From an uncultured delta proteobacterium (GTDB lineage Bacteria > Desulfobacterota > RBG-13-43-22): DNA of 64,000 nucleotides. Location: the NCBI GenBank assembly GCA_963790475.1, contig CAWBOS010000010.1, positions 672,001-736,000 of the forward strand. Reading direction: 5' to 3'. Positions 57,847-64,000 of the stretch are shown here, piece by piece; within the stretch, counting starts at the first letter, position 1, and every line of letters starts with the position of its first letter. Under the pieces are notes generated by a model that was given only the letters and a program-made list of their open reading frames with translations, was not told the origin of the DNA and searched no databases. Made by a program: the position numbers and the translations under genes.

Positions 57847-59070
57847 CTATTGATAGATTTGCTTCCATGAAGTCTTAACAAAAGGAAGCTTTTGCAGGGC
57901 GTTATTTTCTGAAGACAAAACCTTATCTATGTCGGAAGTTCCACCACCGGAAGTATCCCAGGTAGGAATTCCCCACTTATTGTCGGCTGTGGTGTTGATA
58001 TTTCCATCATCGCCGGCAATATTGGCAACATATACCCCTCCGGTAATATTCCCGTTTCCGGCCCCAGACCTGGTTAAGCTGCCCTTTCCGATGACGAGAA
58101 TGATACCATCATAATCAATGTTTCCATTAAAGACCAGGTTTCCCGTGACTAAGAGTATTCCAGCTCCGGTTGTTCCTCCTGGGACGGTGTAGTTTCCGTC
58201 AATTACTACCACTTTTGGATCGGAAACTGTCCCCAACGTGAATCCTGGATTTGAAGGGGAACTGAAATCAGCCATCCACTTTAAATTCTGATAAAAGGTT
58301 TGCAGTTTGGATAGGTCACCCCAGAGGCCATCAAAAGTCATGTTTACCACAGAAGGCGTTTTGGGAGTTGTTGTTCCGTCATATCCCAAGCCTTGATAAT
58401 TATCTAGTCGACCTGATGGGATTCCAGCAATGGCCGAAGTTCGAGAGGTAGTTGAATTGACGGCTATGGCTGGATAGTCATACCCATTGGCTTCTGAGGC
58501 ATTGCTGTTGCCAGCATGAAAAATAACGTCAGGCCCCGGCATAGTAATGGCGCCAGGAAGATTAGGGATGTTCCTTATAACTATTGTCTGAATAACAACC
58601 CGGGAATTATCTGGACCGTAACCAAAAGAAGTCAAGGTTACCTGGGAATTAGTGTCTGTGAGAGAAGTCACTCCGCCGGAGGGTTCGTTGTCATTGGTTA
58701 AATATACCATGTAGCGTCCATTCCCCATAGTAGTATTGATAAAGGGGGAATCATCATTATCGGTACCTGAAAAATTGGCCACATTGGTGCTATCCGTAAG
58801 AACCCCGTTCTCCCCCCTCACCGAAAAAAGCTCTGCAGAAACAGTGCTTCCCCCCTCTATCCGACTCCGAAGCAGCTCACGGGCTGCTTCAATCCCTGCT
58901 TCGGCCATATAGAAGGCTTGTTTGGAGGTCCGGGTGTTGCCGGTTATTTTTGCCCCAATCGTGGTGACATTGACGGCAATAATGCCGATAACCGAGAGGA
59001 CCACTAACATAAGGATGGCGGTGATCAGGGCAATCCCTTTTTGGGTTTTTATTAAAATGGGCTTCATCAT
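57847..59070 (-). CDS. pilX: PilX-like minor pilin with Gly-rich beta-helix-like C-terminus (cassette A)
   Basis: KG|IALITAIL, AFYMAEAG, GAGILLVTGNL..NGN..YDGIILVIG. Confidence 0.8.
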   Translation of the reverse strand: MMKPILIKTQKGIALITAILMLVVLSVIGIIAVNVTTIGAKITGNTRTSKQAFYMAEAGIEAARELLRSRIEGGSTVSAELFSVRGENGVLTDSTNVANFSGTDNDDSPFINTTMGNGRYMVYLTNDNEPSGGVTSLTDTNSQVTLTSFGYGPDNSRVVIQTIVIRNIPNLPGAITMPGPDVIFHAGNSNASEANGYDYPAIAVNSTTSRTSAIAGIPSGRLDNYQGLGYDGTTTPKTPSVVNMTFDGLWGDLSKLQTFYQNLKWMADFSSPSNPGFTLGTVSDPKVVVIDGNYTVPGGTTGAGILLVTGNLVFNGNIDYDGIILVIGKGSLTRSGAGNGNITGGVYVANIAGDDGNINTTADNKWGIPTWDTSGGGTSDIDKVLSSENNALQKLPFVKTSWKQIYQ

Positions 59071-59077
59071 TATTCTC

Positions 59078-59644
59078 CTAGTTCCTCCTCTTCACCGAGG
59101 AGGTGGTACTGAAACTGCGGTACCCTTTGGTATTCGGATCGATCGTGGATGTCTGGGCCGTTAGGGTGATGTCTATTCTTTGAACACTGGCCAATAAATT
59201 GGTAGTGGCGTTGTTGGCATCAAATCCCGTAAAGCTGACCGCCGTGATATGATCGGCTAGGGGCTGCCTGTCCTCGGTTCCTACGGCGGCGCTGCTGAAC
59301 CGGAGGATATTATCCGTAGAACTCCAGGAAAAGATCCGGGATACCGTAGGGTCGGTGTCAGTCATAGAGGTAAATTGGATTATATCTCCACTGGTAGCAC
59401 AAGTCGTGCTTGTATTAGACATGCAATTCAAAGAACTCATATTCCTAAGTTCCCGAACCATAAAATCCATAGCCGACCGGGCGTTTTGCTGCATTTCCAC
59501 TTCCAGGTCCTGGGATATCTGTGATTTATTAGCGCTCATAACAAGGCTGTATATAGCCGTAAGAATAACCCCCAATATGGCCATTACAACCAGGAGTTCA
59601 ACCAGACTGAATCCTTTGCTGTTGTTTTTGATTTTCCTAGTCAT
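59078..59644 (-). CDS. pilW: PilW-like minor pilin (cassette A)
   Basis: G|FSLVE, MQQNARSAMDFMVRELR, VKRRN. Confidence 0.8.
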   Translation of the reverse strand: MTRKIKNNSKGFSLVELLVVMAILGVILTAIYSLVMSANKSQISQDLEVEMQQNARSAMDFMVRELRNMSSLNCMSNTSTTCATSGDIIQFTSMTDTDPTVSRIFSWSSTDNILRFSSAAVGTEDRQPLADHITAVSFTGFDANNATTNLLASVQRIDITLTAQTSTIDPNTKGYRSFSTTSSVKRRN

Positions 59645-59645
59645 C

Positions 59646-60065
59646 TCAGCGTGAAATCACTGTTTGATAAGTGGCATTATGAGTTTGTCCCTTTAATGTC
59701 CAGGAGACATTGACTGTTACCTGTTTCATAAATCCGGACCCTGAATAGGAATAGGGGGGGGTATAGGGTTGAACAGTCCAGGAGCGTGAAAAAATACCTC
59801 CAGATTGCCCCTGGCCATTGATGGGATTATTCGGATCCGGTGTAGTGCCGATCACCAGGGAAGCAAAAGGAGTATTTTTTAATTGTTCCATCCTGGTTTC
59901 AGCCAAAAAGATGGCCCTGGTCATTTCTTTGGAATCGGAATTGCCCCGAATGGCCATCCACTGTAGGTTGATCAAGGCCAGCAGACCTACGGACAGGATG
60001 ACTATGGCTATTACAATCTCAACCAAAGTAAATCCCTGTTTGTTTTTTAGGGGAAGTGCTTTCAT
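59646..60065 (-). CDS. pilV: PilV-like minor pilin (cassette A)
   Basis: G|FTLVE, AIFLAETRMEQLK, FSRSWTV, VTVNVSW. Confidence 0.82.
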   Translation of the reverse strand: MKALPLKNKQGFTLVEIVIAIVILSVGLLALINLQWMAIRGNSDSKEMTRAIFLAETRMEQLKNTPFASLVIGTTPDPNNPINGQGQSGGIFSRSWTVQPYTPPYSYSGSGFMKQVTVNVSWTLKGQTHNATYQTVISR

Positions 60066-60583
60066 GTCGATGTGATCCTGCCGGTCCATAAGGTGGTCAC
60101 GTATTTTGAAGTGTTCGTCCCTTGGACGGTAATGGAGGGATTTTGATTATTTTGGGTTATGCCGGTGGACAAGAAGGTAATATTATTCCCGCCGGTTGTT
60201 AATAACGTTATGGTCGGATAGTCCTGGGTTAAATTTCGGGTAAAGATTGTGCTTCCGGCCTGGGAGAAACTGTAACTGGTTGCGCTGTCAAAGGTCACGG
60301 TTACAGTTTGATTTGTTTTTATGGCTGTCATTTTGGCACTCTGCAAATCCTCCCAGACCAGACGGGTGGCCCCGTTTAAGCGGTAATGTGCGATCCAAAT
60401 ATTGGTTTGAGGGACAGCGATGCCGGTTAAAATTCCGATAATAGCTATAGCAATGAGTATTTCGACGAGAGAATAACCTTTTTTATTGGACACCCAGGTG
60501 GCAGTTACCTTACGCAGAAGGGAATAAGGGAAGGGGGAAAATATTGATCGTAATACTTTTTCAATGAAAATTTCCTGTTTCAT
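60062..60583 (-). CDS. fimT: FimT/FimU (GspH-like) minor pilin (cassette A)
   Basis: G|YSLVE, DLQSAKMTAIK, TGRI; start placed at ATG 60583 just after the riboswitch. Confidence 0.8.
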   Translation of the reverse strand: MKQEIFIEKVLRSIFSPFPYSLLRKVTATWVSNKKGYSLVEILIAIAIIGILTGIAVPQTNIWIAHYRLNGATRLVWEDLQSAKMTAIKTNQTVTVTFDSATSYSFSQAGSTIFTRNLTQDYPTITLLTTGGNNITFLSTGITQNNQNPSITVQGTNTSKYVTTLWTGRITST

Positions 60584-60674
60584 AACCGGCGGATCAGCCA
60601 CCCTTTCAATGAGATCGAAATCGGGTCTGTATCTTTGCGTCCCAGCCTTACGGTTTGGTTTGCCTTTTTCAGTT
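60584..60674 (-). ncRNA. c-di-GMP-I (GEMM-I) riboswitch, cassette A
   Basis: Minus strand AACTG-AAAAA-GGCAAACCAAACC-GTAA-GGCTGGGACGCAAAG-ATACAG-ACCC...GGGTGG-CTGATC-CGC-CGGTT. Confidence 0.92.
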
Positions 60675-60680
60675 TTTATT

Positions 60681-60708
60681 AGAATAAAAAAAAGTTAAAA
60701 AATGTCAA
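60681..60708 (-). promoter_or_regulatory. sigma70 promoter for riboswitch/cassette A
   Basis: Minus strand TTGACA-N16-TATTCT, placing the transcription start at the riboswitch P1. Confidence 0.65.
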
Positions 60709-60946
60709 GAAAAAAATATACTTAAAATAAATTGGATGACCAATCTAAAATTCAGGTAACTAGAAAAAATAAGAGATCATCATTAAATATATACGCAAAA
60801 ATAATGCCATTAAAGAATTTGGAGGCTTTCTGATTAATTTCTTTAGTTTTCAAGTAGATAACTGGTTTTGTCCTCTGGATAATAATGAAGGAAAAGCCTG
60901 TTTCGCCAAATTCTTGCTGCTTTCGTACAAAAAACGGCACCTTTTA

Positions 60947-61210
60947 TTAATTTGTGGCAAAAGGACTTATTTGGAAGTTCTTTAATTGAAGGCCGGTTTT
61001 GACCTGAACGCTTCGAACTTTGTTTTCCATTCTGGGTTCTGAACTCTTTCGATGATCAAATTTTACCCTGGACTCGGATTCGACCGGAATCCGTTTTCAA
61101 GACGCGAAAGCCGCGGGTGAGAAGTTTTTTGAGCTCCTCCCGGTCCCTCTCAAACACTGTCCACATGGGATTCAATCGATAATCCAGTCCTCTTTGTTCA
61201 ACTCTGATAT
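60947..61210 (-). pseudogene. MTH1187-family thiamine-binding protein pseudogene
   Basis: GLDYRLNPMWTVFE..EL..LL.R.FR.L..DS.RI, +1 frameshift at the GGG near 61066-61068, then VKFDHRK...KVRSV..K.G..LK; N-terminus missing. Confidence 0.7.
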
Positions 61211-61218
61211 CCTCTTTT

Positions 61219-62808
61219 TTATTTTTTCTTGAATAGATCGGCCATGGTGCCGAATTTGACGGTTTCTTTGACTCGATCGCGGTATTCATTTAAGTCGGCC
61301 TGATCTTGGGTATCCAAAACCGACTTCTGGGAAAGGGAAATTTTGCCCTGATCATCTATCTTAATAATTTCAACCAAAATTTCATCCCCATCCTTATACC
61401 CCTTTTTCGGTTGACTTGTTTCCGAATAAGCCATCTGGCTTTTATGGAGCAGACCTCTTTGATGTGATCCCAGTTCGGGAAGATCGACAAAAAAACCATA
61501 AGGTTTTATTGAACGGACAACCCCTTTAAGCACCAATCCCACTTGCGGGAGACTGGGGTTTGGGATTTCCGGCCGGGAAGGGCCGGAGCTATATCCAGGT
61601 TCATCAGCAGGGTTTTCATTATCCAAGCTCGAAGATAATACTGGGGAGTCGGTTTTGACCCGTCTACGAATTACATCACCTAAGCGAATTGTTTCCTGTC
61701 CGGAAGAATTCGGCTCCGAATAGAATAAAGAAGGGACTTCTTTAATGGAAAGAGAAATCCTCCGGATTTCTTTATTGATTTCCAGGATTTTTACCTCAGC
61801 TTCCTGACCTTCTTTCAGTATTTCCTTGGGATGGTGGATGCGTTTATTGGATATTTCCGATATATGGACCAACCCTTCTACTCCGGGGGCGACTTCAATA
61901 AAGGCCCCGAATTGGGCAAGGTTGCGAACCTTTCCCAGAACAATATCACCTTCGTTAAAATCAAACCCTGTGTCCCAGGGATCGGGTTCCAGGGCCTTGA
62001 TGGACAGACTGATGCGTTCCTGTTCTTTTTCGTCAGTTTTCACTTGAAGAATTTGTACGTTAACTTCCTGACCTACAGCAAGGTGATCTGCCGGATCTGA
62101 AACCTGACTGCGGGAGATTTCCGAAATATGGACCAGACCCTCTAATCCACCCAGGTCAACAAAGGCCCCGAAGGGAGTCAGGCGGGTCACCCGCCCCGGG
62201 AACACTTCTCCGACAACCAGACGTTTACGGGTATCAATGGCCAGGGCCTCTTTTTCCGCCTGTAGCACCGCCCGGCGGGAAAGGACGATATTTTTCCCCT
62301 CCTCTTCAAATTGAGTGACTTTGAATTTTTGGGTTGTTCCGATAAAACCTTCCGGTCGGTCCAGATAGGCCAGGTCCATTTGGGAAAAAGGGCAAAAGGC
62401 TTTGGTCCCCGAAACAGCGATTTCCAGACCACCCTTGTTGGTCCCCGTAACCATACCTTCGATAGCTATCCCTGATTCAAAAGCCTTTCTAAGCAACTCT
62501 ACCCCAGCACCCCCGGAGACTTTGCGCAAACAATTTCCTAACTGGGCCCCTGACTGTCCATAGCCGATAAAACCCAGTTCCACCTCCATCCCCGGTTTTA
62601 CATTAACCACACCTTGATCATCCACGAATTCCTGGATATCGGCCCAGCCTTCTGATTTGGCCCCATAGTCGATAAAGACCGTATCATTGGTAATCAGGAC
62701 CACCTTTCCCTTTACGGGTTCCCCGGGCATAAGAGGACCATCAACGGCCGATCGAGCACTGGCCTCGAAAAGTTCCGCAAAATCCATATCCATATCATCT
62801 TGAACCAT
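61219..62808 (-). CDS. Ribosomal protein S1-like multi-S1-domain protein
   Basis: Five S1 repeats (FGAFVDLGGLEGLVHISEIS etc.), Pro/Ser linker before the last, C-terminal FGTMADLF. Confidence 0.85.
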   Translation of the reverse strand: MVQDDMDMDFAELFEASARSAVDGPLMPGEPVKGKVVLITNDTVFIDYGAKSEGWADIQEFVDDQGVVNVKPGMEVELGFIGYGQSGAQLGNCLRKVSGGAGVELLRKAFESGIAIEGMVTGTNKGGLEIAVSGTKAFCPFSQMDLAYLDRPEGFIGTTQKFKVTQFEEEGKNIVLSRRAVLQAEKEALAIDTRKRLVVGEVFPGRVTRLTPFGAFVDLGGLEGLVHISEISRSQVSDPADHLAVGQEVNVQILQVKTDEKEQERISLSIKALEPDPWDTGFDFNEGDIVLGKVRNLAQFGAFIEVAPGVEGLVHISEISNKRIHHPKEILKEGQEAEVKILEINKEIRRISLSIKEVPSLFYSEPNSSGQETIRLGDVIRRRVKTDSPVLSSSLDNENPADEPGYSSGPSRPEIPNPSLPQVGLVLKGVVRSIKPYGFFVDLPELGSHQRGLLHKSQMAYSETSQPKKGYKDGDEILVEIIKIDDQGKISLSQKSVLDTQDQADLNEYRDRVKETVKFGTMADLFKKK

Positions 62809-62833
62809 TGTTTTTCCCTTCGAACTGTTAAAT

Positions 62834-63022
62834 TTAGGTCGACTTTAAATTAAGTCGGCTTCCATCCGCCAAAGCCCCATCGAGCCCGATTTCGTTCCCC
62901 CATTCATCAAAGACTTTGGCTCCTTTCTTGATTTCCGGAAGAAGATCGATCTGGATCAAGGCCTGACGGACGGTCATGCCGGAAATAAGGTCGATGGGTT
63001 GATCATTCAGCCAAATACGCAT
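62834..63022 (-). CDS. Small ThiS/MoaD-like beta-grasp protein lacking C-terminal GG
   Basis: MRIWLNDQPIDL..GMTVRQAL...LADGSRL; starts 3 nt after the nucleotidase stop. Confidence 0.6.
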   Translation of the reverse strand: MRIWLNDQPIDLISGMTVRQALIQIDLLPEIKKGAKVFDEWGNEIGLDGALADGSRLNLKST

Positions 63023-63025
63023 AAA

Positions 63026-64000
63026 TTATTTTCCCTTTTGGATCCGGCCTTCTACGAAGGCGGAAACCTTCTTCTTTTCTTTAATGTAGTTGGTTACCAT
63101 ATCCCGGATCTCTTTGCCGGAATCGAATAAAACTACCCGGCCCTTCCCGAGAGGAACCCCTTCTGATTTTCCTATGATTTTTTTCAATATATCATATCCG
63201 TCACCCCCGGCGGCCAGGAAATCATTAGTGGCTAGAGAATACCAGCCCTGCGGATTCAACTTTCTTTCTCCAACCATGAATGAGGTGATCCTTTGACCAT
63301 TAAGGGCGTTAGGGGTATAAGTCAAACGGATGCCGGAAACCTGAGGGAATCGCCCGCCTGTCCCGCTCAGGTCTGACAATCCGTATTCAAAAATTTCCTG
63401 AAGCTCACCTCCATTGACTTTAAGAACAACCGGATGATTGGAAAAGGGAAGGACAGAAAGGAGATCCTTCATGCGGATCGGACCTTTTAAAATATCCGCC
63501 CGAAGACCGCCTCCATTGATCAAGGCCACATCCGCTCCGGTTTCCTGTCTTAAAATATCAGCTACTAAATTGCCCAGGGTGGTCTCCTGCGATCTTGACC
63601 CTTTCTCTGGCAAGTCCACCTGAGCCTCCCCAATCACTTCATCAAGGATAGCGGCCGTTTGCTTTTGATAGCGATCTACGATTTCAGCCACGGCCGGGTC
63701 GGGGCTTAGCTTGTCCGGCCTTATAGTTTCCAGTTTGCCTTCATATTGGATCACTTTTCGATCTTGAATCGTGAGATCCAGGACCCCTAAAACCTTTGCG
63801 TGTTCCCAGGCTTGAACGATCAGGGTTTCATTGACCTTCATCGGGGATTCGATCCGGGTATGGGTGTGTCCGCCGACGATGACTTGAATCCCCATTACCG
63901 ATTCGGCCAGACGACGGTCAGCCGGAAGACCCAAATGAGAAAGTACGATGACCAGATCAGCCCGGTTATTTAATTCTTGAAGGACTTTTTTAATCGAATC
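63026..64000 (-). CDS. 5'-nucleotidase / metallophosphoesterase (UshA-like), 5' end outside window
   Basis: LSHLG, IVGGHTHT, ETTLGNLVAD, NGGGLRA, PFSN, FPQVSG, NDFLAAGGDGY. Confidence 0.92.
   Translation of the reverse strand, partial: DSIKKVLQELNNRADLVIVLSHLGLPADRRLAESVMGIQVIVGGHTHTRIESPMKVNETLIVQAWEHAKVLGVLDLTIQDRKVIQYEGKLETIRPDKLSPDPAVAEIVDRYQKQTAAILDEVIGEAQVDLPEKGSRSQETTLGNLVADILRQETGADVALINGGGLRADILKGPIRMKDLLSVLPFSNHPVVLKVNGGELQEIFEYGLSDLSGTGGRFPQVSGIRLTYTPNALNGQRITSFMVGERKLNPQGWYSLATNDFLAAGGDGYDILKKIIGKSEGVPLGKGRVVLFDSGKEIRDMVTNYIKEKKKVSAFVEGRIQKGK

Noticed and set aside
57699-60674. Riboswitches as 3',3'-cGAMP (GEMM-Ib) variants
   Set aside because: Both have G at the position equivalent to Vc2 G20 (AAGGCAAA) rather than the A typical of cGAMP-selective variants; c-di-GMP is the better call, though only binding assays are decisive
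61070-61095. GGATTCGAC resembling a tmRNA/tRNA motif
   Set aside because: No acceptor stem or matching 3' end; the segment is explained by the minus-strand MTH1187 pseudogene
253-63623. Numerous 60-160 aa ORFs antisense to or nested in recognised genes
   Set aside because: Shadow ORFs of well-supported genes with no independent motifs
1-64000. CRISPR array, tRNA/rRNA, transposase, integrase or defence system
   Set aside because: No regularly spaced repeats or diagnostic motifs seen; repetitive signal is explained by TPRs, S1 domains and the flagellin duplication

Overview
Bacterial chromosomal window of moderate GC, with gene content typical of Desulfobacterota (former Deltaproteobacteria; inferred). 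1-35 kb is a large + strand flagellar cluster: fliJ, fliK-flgDE, fliLMNOPQR-flhBAFG-fliA-cheYZ, flgFGAHIJ, flgMNKL. It is unusual in that flgL is followed by flbT-flaF, the two flagellins are short and Alphaproteobacteria-like, and no csrA, fliW, fliD or fliS lies in the window. A sigma28-driven signalling block (response regulator, REC-GAF-HD-GYP, PilZ, degenerate histidine kinase) runs directly into motAB. 35-49 kb is a probable flagellin-modification island with three TPR + GT9-like paralogues, other glycosyltransferases, SAM methyltransferases and two TPR proteins, one with a sigma28 promoter. 49-53 kb holds mtgA, a frameshifted Lys-rich secreted protein and a LonC-like protease. 53.7-60.7 kb holds two tandem minor-pilin cassettes (fimT-pilV-pilW-pilX), each headed by its own c-di-GMP-I riboswitch. 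The window ends with an MTH1187-family pseudogene, an S1-domain protein, a ThiS-like protein and a truncated 5'-nucleotidase. No CRISPR array, tRNA, rRNA or intact mobile element was seen. All calls come from reading motifs by eye; no database searches were run.
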